Part shown: piece by piece, positions 1 through 10,607 of the stretch | Numbering within the stretch: the stretch's first letter is position 1 | Layout of the letters: every line of letters begins with the position of its first letter | Assembly (NCBI GenBank): GCA_000002435.2 | Contig: CM018792.1 | DNA length: 64,000 nt | DNA from: Giardia intestinalis | Taxonomy: Eukaryota | Strand: one strand, 5' to 3' | Notes under the pieces: model-generated | The model's database searches: none | Seen by the model: only the letters and a program-made list of their open reading frames with translations | What the model was told of the DNA's origin: nothing | Made by a program: the position numbers and the translations under genes

Positions 1-723
1 AATTGGCGCTATAAGAGATGAGTTATTTGCATCAGATTGCTTTACAAAGTATGAAAGCTTTCTTATCAAGGGTCTTAGCTCTTGATCATCTCCAATTTGT
101 GCGATTGTTAAATGCCCCAGGAATTCTAGTGGTTGTATATTTCCAGAGAGCATATCTATGATCTGCTGGAGTTCAGACTTTTTTCCACCGGCCTGAGCAA
201 GCTTATCCGCTCCTGGCTTTCCTTGCTTAGGTTGTGATATACCATTCAAGAGGTTAGCTATCTGTATGCTAAGCGGATCATGATTACTTGCCAGATAGCC
301 TTGTATATCCTCAGTATTGCCTAGCAGTAAATCAAGCTTGAATCGTGTTTCTGGAGCCAAATGGGGCTGCCTCTGAAGTGCAGCCCCATCCAGGTCAGCT
401 AACGCTTTGATAAAGTTCCTAAGAATGCTTAATATTCCTTCTGTGGCAGTAGCTCTTGCCAGCGTTGCGTGTTTGTATATTCGAAGATAGAACATCTCGA
501 GAAGGGCCCAAATAGATCGTAAGAAGAGCAAGTCATAGGTAATGTTCAAGTTCGATACCTTCAAAGCCTTTACGAGTTCGTCAAACACAGAGAGATAGTC
601 CTGCGATGCTTGAATGGGATCAAAGTGGGTATTAGATGCTCGATTGTGAATAGAGGCTTGGGATGAGAGAAAGACCTTGTGCATTTCAAATAGGAGACGG
701 ATCACTTGCGGCGTAGAGTCCAT
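1..723 (-). CDS. hypothetical protein, partial (ORF continues past the left window edge)
   Basis: ATG at 723..721 on the minus strand. I translated the whole 1..723 minus frame by hand with no stop (MDSTPQVIRLLFEMHKVFLSSQ...SLIAPI). An AAAATTT element lies about 25 nt upstream. The ORF track did not list it because it lacks an in-window stop. Confidence 0.6.
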   Translation of the reverse strand, partial: MDSTPQVIRLLFEMHKVFLSSQASIHNRASNTHFDPIQASQDYLSVFDELVKALKVSNLNITYDLLFLRSIWALLEMFYLRIYKHATLARATATEGILSILRNFIKALADLDGAALQRQPHLAPETRFKLDLLLGNTEDIQGYLASNHDPLSIQIANLLNGISQPKQGKPGADKLAQAGGKKSELQQIIDMLSGNIQPLEFLGHLTIAQIGDDQELRPLIRKLSYFVKQSDANNSSLIAPI

Positions 724-793
724 ACGTGCCTCCGGTCACGATAGCAAATTTTAAGGAAGCCAGATTTACTGTAAAACGCACCGAACCTTCTTT

Positions 794-3331
794 TTACCTC
801 CCTCCTGCTCGTCCAGATGCGCCACGCTTCTTTAGGAGCCGTGCTCTTGCTGCGTCCAGGTCTTTGTAACTATGTTGATCAACTTCCAACATATGTTGAA
901 CTTTATTGGCGGCGCGCTCTCGTCCTGTTTTAAGCTTTAGCTTTTGTTCTGTTCGGAGAGCTGCTTTCCGTCTGATTTCTCTCCGAGCACTCCGCTCCTC
1001 GTCTCGTTTCTGCTTTTTGATACGCTTCTCTTCTACACGGGCGCGCTCGCGGGCCTTGTTGGGATCCATACTCTTTCCTGGGCAAAAGTCAACCATATAC
1101 ATAGGTTCGTTTGCTTTGATCTCAGGAAGCCTATCATCTATCCAACTTAGACTCTGCTCTTTTCTTTCAGACGACAGCGTCTCAACCAGCAAATTAAGAG
1201 ACCACTGAATCGAGAATTGTGTACCAGGGGTGCTATAACTTTCTGCAGGCACTAAGTGAGATTGGAGCTCCTTGCAAATTGGCAATAGAAGTGAGTACTG
1301 TGAGGATAGGTCGTACTTCTTTGCGATCTTAAGTTGTAAGAAACATGCGTTGAGAACTGTTGAGAACCCTGCTAATATATTTCCCAGGGTGAAAGTCAGA
1401 TCGTCCTGGAATAGAGACGGTAGCAACTCAATCTTGTGTTCTGTTGGTACACTTAGGACTATGTACGGCGCAGTAATAGATTGAAAAACCTTCTTAGGTG
1501 TGTCTGTGATGGCAACGGAGTGTGCAAATAACTTGGAATATACACGGAGTATACACGCGAGGCCTCGAGACACAGATGGAATATGAAGTTGAGTTGCATT
1601 ACTTAGCATGAGGGTGGTCAGAACGAGAGCCTGCAAGAAAAGAGTCTCTTGATATATTGTACAGAGCATGCAGCTATTCATATTAATTAGTGCATCCTCT
1701 GTTGTCAAAAGAATCTGTTCAAGGCGCAAACACAGACCTTGAATTGGAGCGTCGTTGGCCAAAAACATAGCGGTATAGAGAGGCTGTTCCTCAAACACGC
1801 GCATATTAGTGAGTGCAAACTCATCTGGGGATAACGTATACCAAGTTCCTTGTGGAAAAACAATGGCCATTAAATTAGAAAGCATAACACCTCCAAATAT
1901 TGCACGACCATGTAGAGAAAGAAACCCTTTTGGCTGCTCATCACAGGCCTCTGTTTTTTGACTGGCTATAGATGCAGTGGAAAAAAGCACAGTGTCAAGA
2001 CCTTCTATTCTTTTCTTCTTATTAGAGCATTTGCTTTTTAAGGCCTCCTGATTGTGTAGAGAGATCCTCATAAAATTCACAGCCTGGACCGCTTTGTGAT
2101 ACGTTAAGATAAGCTTTTGATAGGCAGACATCATGTAATGTGGAATTTCACTGGTTATATGTCGTAGTCCTCGAGCCTGAGCGTCAATGCGAACTGGATC
2201 TAGTTCAGGCGCGTCATAGATGAGGTACATGAAGCGAGTGGTGCAGAAAGATCCCAATCTCTCCATTTCGGGACGATTAGATCTTTCCAAGAGCGTAGAG
2301 TTGGACTTAATGAGCCTGTCTAGGACCAGTATCTCCTCAATCGATTGAACAGAGTCCAACATTGCCTGGAACTCATCCATAGTACTTGGAACTGGCAACG
2401 AGAATGACAGCTTTTCGAAATATGTGGGCTGAACTTCCCGGCAGAGAAAATGAGGCAACTGATGCTCTCTAGTATCATCTTCCTCACTGTGCTCATTGCC
2501 TTCTGTGCCACTTTGCGTATCAGATTCTTCAGGAGTATCAGATGAAAAATTATCTCCTAAGTTGAAATCTCCGTTAAGGCACTCTGGATCATTACTGGTA
2601 ATATTGGTGGATTGCTGGTGGTCAAGTTTAGGACGCATAACTGGAGCTGTGCTCCTGTCTCTATCCATTTTCTCCAGTGTTTCAGCACACGCTCTTACTG
2701 CGTCGGCTAAATTAGTAGCCCCACGTGACGCATGGACGCGGACTCCATCTAAAGGTTGAAACTCTGCAACAATGGACTGGGATTCCAGACGAGTCTCTTT
2801 CGGCAACAGTCGAGACACTGTCCCATAAGCTCTGTCGAGCTGTTGTACGGCTTCTGAAACATCTCTATTAATACGCTTATGCTCTTCTCGGTAGGCTTTT
2901 GCTTTAGCACGGACCTCGGCGTAAACATCTCTAGCACGCTGCCTCATTTCCCGCTCATAAAAAATCCGCTCATCTGGCCGCGTATTATCTGGAAAATCGA
3001 ATTTCTGTGGTGTCTGATTAATACTGTGTCGTATGAGTTCGCTACGTTGATAGGAATAGCCCTTTTCTCCTTGCTTCGGAACAATGCGCTCATCATTTAT
3101 TTCCGCTATTACGTGAGCATTGTTACCCGCAGAACCAAGTGGTTTTTTGATTGCCTCGGTAATGGGCTTTGCACAAGTGTGTCTATATTTATGCTCCCCT
3201 TTGTTGAGGACTTGACGGCGTGTATTCACCTTAATATGATCAAATGGGTTCAGCTTTCCGTCTTCTACACCCATTTTCCGCTTCACTATGTCCAGTTTTG
3301 CTTGTAACTTAAGGTGGGTCGGTTTCCCCAT
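794..3331 (-). CDS. Nop14-like nucleolar (SSU processome) protein
   Basis: The track ORF 794..3604 starts at a GTG inside the GC-rich inverted repeat. The first ATG with a Giardia-type AT-rich initiator (ttaaaataaatataATGggg) is at 3331. The N-terminus, GKLNPFDHIKVNTRRQVLNKG, resembles the NPFEVKVNRQKF signature of Nop14. The C-terminal tail is long and K/R-rich. Family assignment is from memory of the motif, not a search. Confidence 0.55.
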   Translation of the reverse strand: MGKPTHLKLQAKLDIVKRKMGVEDGKLNPFDHIKVNTRRQVLNKGEHKYRHTCAKPITEAIKKPLGSAGNNAHVIAEINDERIVPKQGEKGYSYQRSELIRHSINQTPQKFDFPDNTRPDERIFYEREMRQRARDVYAEVRAKAKAYREEHKRINRDVSEAVQQLDRAYGTVSRLLPKETRLESQSIVAEFQPLDGVRVHASRGATNLADAVRACAETLEKMDRDRSTAPVMRPKLDHQQSTNITSNDPECLNGDFNLGDNFSSDTPEESDTQSGTEGNEHSEEDDTREHQLPHFLCREVQPTYFEKLSFSLPVPSTMDEFQAMLDSVQSIEEILVLDRLIKSNSTLLERSNRPEMERLGSFCTTRFMYLIYDAPELDPVRIDAQARGLRHITSEIPHYMMSAYQKLILTYHKAVQAVNFMRISLHNQEALKSKCSNKKKRIEGLDTVLFSTASIASQKTEACDEQPKGFLSLHGRAIFGGVMLSNLMAIVFPQGTWYTLSPDEFALTNMRVFEEQPLYTAMFLANDAPIQGLCLRLEQILLTTEDALINMNSCMLCTIYQETLFLQALVLTTLMLSNATQLHIPSVSRGLACILRVYSKLFAHSVAITDTPKKVFQSITAPYIVLSVPTEHKIELLPSLFQDDLTFTLGNILAGFSTVLNACFLQLKIAKKYDLSSQYSLLLPICKELQSHLVPAESYSTPGTQFSIQWSLNLLVETLSSERKEQSLSWIDDRLPEIKANEPMYMVDFCPGKSMDPNKARERARVEEKRIKKQKRDEERSARREIRRKAALRTEQKLKLKTGRERAANKVQHMLEVDQHSYKDLDAARARLLKKRGASGRAGGR

Positions 3332-4099
3332 TATATTTATTTTAAGAAGAGATTTACTCCGTGTTAACAGACGAGCTTGCCACCCGCTGCCCGAGCAGGC
3401 CCGCTGGGGCCTCTCCCCCGCCCTGCGCGGTTGACCCCGAGAGCCTGGAGGCCGCCCGATTCTGGGGAGGGGAGGGGTGTCGCGCCTCCTCGCTCTGAGC
3501 GTCGTGACCTTGCTCTTGCGACACCGTCTGGGCTTCTCCTTTCTCTCACTCAGCCCCCTTGGGGCCAACTTCTGTATGGAGTGGAAAGCAGTGATCTTGG
3601 CCACGTAGCCTAGGGCCTTGGTACTCTATGACGAAGATTGCATACGCCATGAACCTCGGGATGGCCCGAAGCTCACCGGATACTTTCTTGTCATCTCGTG
3701 GAGCGGGTGTCCGTCCCACTATCAAGGGTGTGCTCCCCGTATGCCTCTATCTTGGAGTTAGAGTACGCACTCATGGATGCCGGCGGACAGCTCCCATGCG
3801 TTGGTGCCGAGGAAGAGGTCCAGCCCTGGTTTGCCTTCCCGCTCGACCCGTCCTTCTGCTCATGGACCACAGCGCGCCTCTTGTGCAGTGCTAGGAGACG
3901 CATACCGACAGACATTGCGCCTTGCCACGTCACTGGCCGGATCTTCCTGCTCGCGGTTGGCATGCGGCTCCTCGTCTGTCTGAACAAGGCAGTGGGGGTT
4001 GGAGTGGCAGAACTAGAGCGTGTTTGCCAGAGGCGCTAGTCTGCCGGCTAGAGGCGGAGTCGAGCGATGCCTGCCCAGAGATGCTCGCTCGGCTGCGAG

Positions 4100-5720
4100 G
4101 AGCACTGCAGGGGGTTCCACGAGCGCGGGAAGGCTCCCTCCCCTAGAAGCCCCGAGGGCCCTCGCGTCCCCGAGTTCAGTCTCCAGGGGCTTTGCGGGCA
4201 TATGCGACGATCTGGGCGCAAGAGCCCTGGGTGGTCTCGAACTCCGGACGCACGCTTTCACCAGGGTTTCGCACCCGAGCGTCCTCAGATACCACCGGGT
4301 AATCAGAACGAGCTGCTTTGTCTACACAACCATGGACCGCGGCCACAGAAGTCTAGGACAACTCCTCCTTGAGCACATGCAGGCCGACGAGCCGGTCGCT
4401 GAGGGCCTGGTGTTGTCCATCATGGAGCAGCTTTCTACCGGGCTTACCTACCTCCATGACGTCTGCTGGGAGGACGCCAGCGGAGCGCCCTGCCAGGGAA
4501 TCGTCCACTAGAGCCTCACGCCCGCCGACGCCCTCATTAGACAGGACGAACAGCGCGTCGTGCTCGCAGACTTCGCGTCCACAGAAACGCTCTGCACAGT
4601 GGCAGTGCGGAGGCAGAGGGCCCCGCGTACACGGATCCTGAAGCCCTCAGATGGCGCGGCCTCCGATCTCTGGGCCCTTGGTGCTATCGCATGCGAGCCT
4701 GCCACTTTGAAGGGGCCGAGCTTCCTGGACGGGTAAGACGCAAAGGCCCCTTTGTCGCCGGATGGAAGCCGAATCTGGGCCTTGTTGTGAAGGATCTCGT
4801 GTGGGATGTCCTCGGGAGGGTCTTTGCCTCAGACCCCGAGTGGTGACCAACAGCCACCAAGCTCGCCAGCCTGCTTCTGCGTGCGGGACGTCTGCTGTGG
4901 GCCCGGATCTCCAGGCCGGCGAGTTGGCAAGCACGGGCGAGTCTCTGCGGCCAGTGCCGAGTCTGTCCTTTCGAGGCAGGGCCCGAAGATGCCGCTCAGC
5001 ATATCAGAGGCATTGGCGCATCCATCGGGCCGTTCCACCAAAGGGCGGGAGCAGCACACTGCAGACGGGCACGGGGCTTCCATCGAATCGACCGACCAGG
5101 TTGCAGCGAGCGGCACGAGGTCCCTATCCTTCCGGGTCCCTGCGAAGGACTCCTCGTGGACCCGGCTGATGCGCGCTGCCGTTACTGGAGATCTCAAGAC
5201 GGCACAGAAGCACCTTGGTGAAAAGGACAAGAAGAACGAGGCGGCGACGCGGTGTACACTCCTGCCGTCAAGGCCGGACAGGGGCCGATGCTGGAGCTCC
5301 TTGACCTTACGGATAAGGCCGGGTCACGGCGCTCATGAGGGCTGCGGACAGAGGAGACGCAGAGGCAGTGAGGCTTCTGGTGAAGCACGAGGACGGCATG
5401 AGGGATGACGATGATTGACGGCGCTCATGATAGCAGCACGGTATCGCCATCCGGAATGCGTTAAGCTTGCTAGAGAGGGAAGCATGTATGACAGGCATAA
5501 GAGGCGCGACTGCTCTTGTGCATGCGGCGGCCAACGGCAGTGCCTTGTGCATACCCTTCCTCTTGGAGAAGGAGGCATGTGTGCAGGACGCCAGTGGCTG
5601 GTCTGCTCTCGCGTGGGCAACATATCTAGATAAGCCAGAGTGTGCGAAGCTTCTTATGGGGGAGGAGGACATAGAAATCACCCCCATAGCTGGAGGGTAT
5701 GCCGACGATGGCAACAATGG
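4100..5720 (+). pseudogene. NEK-family protein kinase / ankyrin-repeat pseudogene (left-arm copy), GC-rich
   Basis: Kinase subdomains are readable: HPSVLRYH, LTYLHD..GIVH*SLTPADALIRQDEQRVVLADFAS (an in-frame TAG sits where HRD would be), and SDLWALGAIACE. Ankyrin repeats follow (TRLMRAAVTGDLKTAQKHL, TALMIAARYRHPECVKL, GATALVHAAANGSALCIPFLL, SGWSALAWATYLDKPECAKLL). They are spread over three frames with stops. The coordinates are approximate. Confidence 0.7.
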
Positions 5721-8287
5721 CAAGACCGGTGGCGACTATTGTCGACTATGACGACTATGATTACTCGACTCCTATGACCACGATTATCATGCTCCTGACG
5801 ATCATGACGTTTACGATTGCTACGGTTACTAGTATTCTGATAACTATGATTTTCATAATCCTTTTGAATGCGATTCCTTATGTGGCGCCACAGCTCTTGA
5901 GCTAGAGGATGGATCATCGAGGGATAGTGGAGGTTCTTTCAACGCGACTGCAGGGTACTAACGGGCTTCTCTACAGGCACACCTTTATACAACTGCCAAT
6001 CTGTTTGCAGCAGTAAAGCTGCGTCACCGCAGTGGCCTAGGGGCTGCTCGATCTATAATTCCGCAAGGGGCAGGCTGATAAAGCAAAACTCTGCGGCCTA
6101 ATTTGTGCCCTGTACAGCCAGCAAGCAAATCCTCTGGACCGCCAGCAGAGCTGCTCGTTCAGCGGAGCGCCGTCTCGTAGGGAGAAGCGGGACGTCACTG
6201 TCAGGCCCAAGCGAGAGTGCCGGCGCCATGCGAACAGTCTCCGGTCCCTGGAGGCCGCCCCGGGTCACCGAAGGCAGGGTATCCTATTGCACAGTGCAGG
6301 CGCGTAGCAGCTAACAGAACCGGCGCAAGTGGCGGCCGAGCGGTGGCTTTTGCGCCTCTCCGAAGTGGGGAGACAGTGTCCAGAAGGCGCGAGGTTCCCG
6401 CGATTTGTCTGGAGCCAGCCGGGAGCGTCACAGAAAAAGCATCTTGAGGGCTCCCTAGGTGCAGTGGCAAAGGGACGTCCGCTGCTTCTTCGCCAGCGGC
6501 TTGCCCGGTGGACCACAGGGCCTCCTAGGCCGCCAAGCGCGAACACAGCTGCGATGAGTGGCTACTGTACGCCCTTGTGACACAGAGTGGACGTGCAGGA
6601 TGCCAGCGACGTGCTGAGGAAGGCTTTATTACCCTCCTGCTGTCTGTGCACCTGCTCCTGGTAAGGATGCTGAGCCCATGCTTACAAGCCACGGCCCCTT
6701 TGAGAGTGGCCAAAGCCGGTGCTCGAGCAGAGATAGATGGCTGCCTCGCAGATCTCGAATCGCTGCGCATGCCGGTCCAGAGAGACACCGATCAGCCCGT
6801 CACTAGGGATGAGGATCCAGGCATGAGAATCGCCAGCCTCCCGCGCCTCGGATGGACCCAGGCGATGGTGGTACGGGGCTAAGGGTCCTGCTACATCCGG
6901 GCAGACCAGGCATTGCCTCTGAACATGACATCAGGTCAGGGCCCTGTCGCGGACAGAGGGGCGAGGCTAGAAGCCAGCCGAGGCGGAGCAGCTGCATAGA
7001 CGGGAGCGCAGGTTATTATGGCAGCAGACTTCCACAGACGAGGGAGCCCGCGCTCTACTCCAGGATGAAACAGCGACGCCCCAGAGTGCGGCCCCGAACC
7101 ATGCTGCACCCCTCCTTTTGTGGCGCGGGAAGACTGCATGCACTTCAACCACGATGCATCCGGCCTTGAACACTGTGCGGAAAGACAGGCGGCCAGTGCG
7201 ATTCATGCGACGCAAGGAAGATGCCTCACCTTCTGATGCCCTACAATGCGGGGAACATAGCCCCCTGCGCACGGGCTGTCTGCTTAAGGACGGCAAGCAC
7301 ATGGAACCAGGCATGAACGGAACCGGGTCTTGATAGCGGCACGGCTGTCTTCAAGGGAAGGGTGATCTCTTGTCTCTTTAAGCAAGACGTGCTGGATCGC
7401 ACAAGCTTACGATTGGGTGAGGAAGGCTTCTGCATGCAACTCTCTGGCATGACCTAGCTGCAAACAGGCGGCAGCGAAGAGCGGACAGCGGGCTCCAGTC
7501 GTGCGGAAGGAGGATGCACCTGCCTGAGGCTACACGCAGTCATCAGGCGGGGCGTTCTCTGCAGAGGTTACGTGCTATGCAGGGTCGTGTCAAACCGAAG
7601 GACCACTCTTAGATGAGCCAGACCAAGGTGCCCCCATCCGCGCGAGACAGGCCTGTCAGATATATGGCATGCCTGCGAAAGTGAGCGCCGACAGGCAGGG
7701 GCCCGGGTAGACCTGGCGTCCTGGCCCAGAGAGTGAACGAGGACGGCCCGCGATACTTGTCCAGCCGAAGTATGAACGCTATGATGCCCCGGGTTGGACA
7801 AGCAACTCTTAGCGCCCCCCCTGAGAGGCTGCAGAGGACGGGCTTCTGGATGGAGGGACGACCCCAGCCAGGCAGACGTGATCACAGAAGAAGGGGCGCT
7901 GGAACCCGGAACAGTGGCTGACGACTGCGTGTCTGCGCGATGCAGTGCCCACTACTGTCAGTCGGCACACGGCGGTCGGCAGGACGCAGAGCTGCAGAGT
8001 GCTGGAGGCGCCGAGCGAGGCCAGTCTCGCTCATGGGACAGAGGCTGCCTGAGCCCCGCAGTCCTGCGAGCCTCTGGACGGTGGCAACAAGAGACCTTTC
8101 ATGGTACGCATCTGCCTGGATGGCGGCGTGATCCCAGAGCCGGCATCGTACCACTTCACGAGCATCACGATCGCTGTGTCCCCCACGATGGTCACTCGGG
8201 CAGTAGTCAGGTGCAGGGCATGGCGGCTCTTCCCTGTCCCCCAGCAGGACCTCGTAAGAGTAGAGTAGATTGTATAACGATGGACGC

Positions 8288-8302
8288 GTTTACTATCTAA
8301 GT
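8288..8302 (-). terminator. VSP-type extended polyadenylation signal (ACTTAGATAGTAAAC)
   Basis: The motif starts at the A of the TGA stop. It matches the conserved ACTYAGRTAGTRAAY element found 3' of Giardia VSP genes (established knowledge). Confidence 0.75.
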
Positions 8303-10524
8303 CACGCCTTGCCCCTACATATGAACCACCAGCAGAGGAAGCCCACGAGGCCCCCAACGACGACGATGACTGCGACGGAGATGCCCGCGATGGCCCCCGT
8401 GGAGAGCCCGCTCTTATTCGTGCTTCCGCCAGTATTGTCGCCGGTATTATCATCCGTTTCGAAACATATGAACTTGCCGTTAACAGGTGTCGCGCACTGC
8501 CTGCATCCAGCCAGCCCCTCGGAGCACTTTCTGCACGGCCCATTACTACTACTCTCCTTGTAATATCCAGGAGTACATACCTTGCATGTAGTAGCATCGG
8601 CTTCGCAGGTGTAGCAACTTTCGTGGCATTTCGTGCAGGCACTGCCGACCTTCACATATCCGTCCATGCACCTAGAACAGTCCCTAGTGGTGGTGCACTC
8701 AGCGCACCCAGTGTAGCAAGCCACAAGGCTCTCGCCTGTCAGGCTAAATCCTTCTTCCGGAGTCTTGCAGGTTCCGCCTGTACTCTGCGCACTCAAGCAC
8801 ACTGTCGACCCCGGAAGCTGGCTGGTGGAGTAGCAGCCGCCGTTCATCTTGAAGAAGCCGTCTGCGCAGACATTGCACACGCCACCAGTAATGCTTCCAT
8901 CTTTGCACTTATCTGTGCGACTGGTTTTAACAGCACAGACGCCGTTCTGGGGATACTCGTTGTTTTGACTACAGACAGAGCAGTATTTTGTCCCCTCAAC
9001 AGTCAGACCGCACTCCCTGCACTTGCCTGTGCCTGTGCCCGCCGCGCACTCGGCCCCACATGTGCCAGTGTTTCCTGTGGATCCGTAGGTGAGCGCGCTT
9101 CCAGACTTACAGCTTGTGCAATCATTGGCAGTATTTCCGCTACATGTCTTACAGCTGGAATCGCAAGGGGAGCACGCTTCGCCGTAGAAGCCGTCCTTAC
9201 AGAGACCGCACCCGCCATTTTCACTGCACGCGAGACAGTTGGCGACCTCGCACTTCTTGCAGACCCTCTTGTTGCCCTCTGTGCTACTGTAGTAGCCTAG
9301 AATATATTCGCAGTGGTCTATGCACTGGTTTGTTGGCGTCAGATACTTGTTGGACAGACATTCGGTGCAGATCTCTTTGTTTGTTTGTGCACCACTGCAT
9401 GCCTTACAATCCTGAGTACTGCATGGATTTGAAGGGGAATCATTTGGCACGCATTGTGTTTCTTCTTCGTCAAGTTTAAATCCATCATTGCACGTGCAAG
9501 TATTCTCGGTCTTGGCTTCTGAGTTATCAGGGCAGCTACTAATGCACGACTTCTTTCCGAGTCCAAATACCATATTTTCCTTACACGCTGTGCAGGTAAC
9601 GGAGGTGTCACTTTTGGTGCATGTTTTGCAGTTCTCAAACGTTCCTGCCGTGCACGGCTTGCACGTCTTCGGCTCCTCATCGTCGGCGTAGTGGGTGTTT
9701 CCACTCGTGCACGCTTCCTCAGTCACGCACTCGCCTGCCTGATCCTGTGACTGCGCCTTCTTTAGGTACGGCTTGTCCTCATTGCAAGAGGTGCACTTCG
9801 TAGCCTCGGTCTCACAGGTCTTGCATGTCTCAGCGCACTTGGTGCATTTTTTACTGCCTGTTGCATCGACGAAGAAGCCTGCAGTACTCGTGCACTCATG
9901 TTCCGTCACACACGACGTCACGTCGCCGTCCGTCTTAACAATCCTCGCGGTTTGCTGCGCATCAGGGCCGCACGCAGTACACTTAGCAACTCCACTGGCC
10001 TCTACCGTTAATTGTAATCCGTCACAGGCAGTGCACCCATCCACGCCCGTGTACTTCTTATTGCCAGTAAGCGTCACGCCTATCGAATCTCCGCACGAAA
10101 CAACCGAGTCGTGCGCATTATCAGCGCCCGGCGGTAGAAAGTATCCTTCCGTAGCCTGTGTGCACTTACCACCAGCTGCTCCTCCACACATCACATTGCC
10201 AGGCTCAATAGCTTGTTCGTAACACCCGCCCTTGTACATAAAAGTCTGACCAGCGCACTTTGCACAGGTCTCATCAGATGCAGTATTTCCATCGGCAGCT
10301 GTACATTTATCTGTTACATCATCTTTGCCTACACATTTTCCATTGATAGGAACAAATCCTGTGTTACATTGAGAGCAATACAATTTACCACCGATCAGAA
10401 CGTTGCATGCGTTTGCTGCACAATTGGCGTTATTCGCGCAGTGAGCTTCCCGCGCACGTTCTGCTACTTTTTCTGCCCATGCAATCTGGATGGCTAGGCC
10501 CGCGAATATAAAACTGCCGAACAT
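8302..10524 (-). CDS. vsp: Variant-specific surface protein (VSP), 740 aa, copy 1
   Basis: Signal peptide MFGSFIFAGLAIQIAWA. Cysteine-rich with many CxxC motifs and two GGCY motifs. TM helix plus the invariant C-terminus CRGKA. Identical in protein to the ORF at 13767..15989. Confidence 0.95.
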   Translation of the reverse strand: MFGSFIFAGLAIQIAWAEKVAERAREAHCANNANCAANACNVLIGGKLYCSQCNTGFVPINGKCVGKDDVTDKCTAADGNTASDETCAKCAGQTFMYKGGCYEQAIEPGNVMCGGAAGGKCTQATEGYFLPPGADNAHDSVVSCGDSIGVTLTGNKKYTGVDGCTACDGLQLTVEASGVAKCTACGPDAQQTARIVKTDGDVTSCVTEHECTSTAGFFVDATGSKKCTKCAETCKTCETEATKCTSCNEDKPYLKKAQSQDQAGECVTEEACTSGNTHYADDEEPKTCKPCTAGTFENCKTCTKSDTSVTCTACKENMVFGLGKKSCISSCPDNSEAKTENTCTCNDGFKLDEEETQCVPNDSPSNPCSTQDCKACSGAQTNKEICTECLSNKYLTPTNQCIDHCEYILGYYSSTEGNKRVCKKCEVANCLACSENGGCGLCKDGFYGEACSPCDSSCKTCSGNTANDCTSCKSGSALTYGSTGNTGTCGAECAAGTGTGKCRECGLTVEGTKYCSVCSQNNEYPQNGVCAVKTSRTDKCKDGSITGGVCNVCADGFFKMNGGCYSTSQLPGSTVCLSAQSTGGTCKTPEEGFSLTGESLVACYTGCAECTTTRDCSRCMDGYVKVGSACTKCHESCYTCEADATTCKVCTPGYYKESSSNGPCRKCSEGLAGCRQCATPVNGKFICFETDDNTGDNTGGSTNKSGLSTGAIAGISVAVIVVVGGLVGFLCWWFICRGKA

Positions 10525-10590
10525 TAACCAATCTGGTAGATTGATAGGAACAGAATCGCGATATATTCAGCCAATCCGTGTGACTGACAC

Positions 10591-10607
10591 ATGATGATGA
10601 TGATGAT
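10591..10607. repeat. (CAT/ATG)5 trinucleotide microsatellite about 70 nt upstream of the VSP copy 1 ATG
   Basis: atgatgatgatgatgat, read directly. Mirror of 13684-13700. Confidence 0.9.

Noticed and set aside
3332-3604. N-terminal extension of ORF 794..3604 (MAKITAFHSIQKLAPRGLSERKEKPRRCRK...), mirrored as ORF 20687..20941
   Set aside because: It starts at GTG and is Arg/Pro-rich low-complexity sequence. It lies inside the GC-rich inverted-repeat arm, where stop codons are rare in every frame. The downstream ATG at 3331 has the typical AT-rich Giardia initiator and the recognisable Nop14-like N-terminus.
5900-8300. Dozens of 60-170-aa ORFs on both strands in the GC-rich arm segment (mirrored at 15990-18390)
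   Set aside because: They overlap one another in all frames, have no recognisable motifs, and are explained by the GC-rich composition. I treated them as non-coding or decayed sequence, apart from the NEK/ankyrin pseudogene.
8623-10497. Antisense ORFs inside the VSP genes (e.g. 8623..9300 at 225 aa, 9773..10222 at 149 aa, and their mirrors)
   Set aside because: These are reverse-complement frames of a Cys-codon-rich (TGY/GCA) coding sequence. Ala/Ser/Thr-rich shadow ORFs are expected there. The VSP frame carries all the diagnostic motifs.
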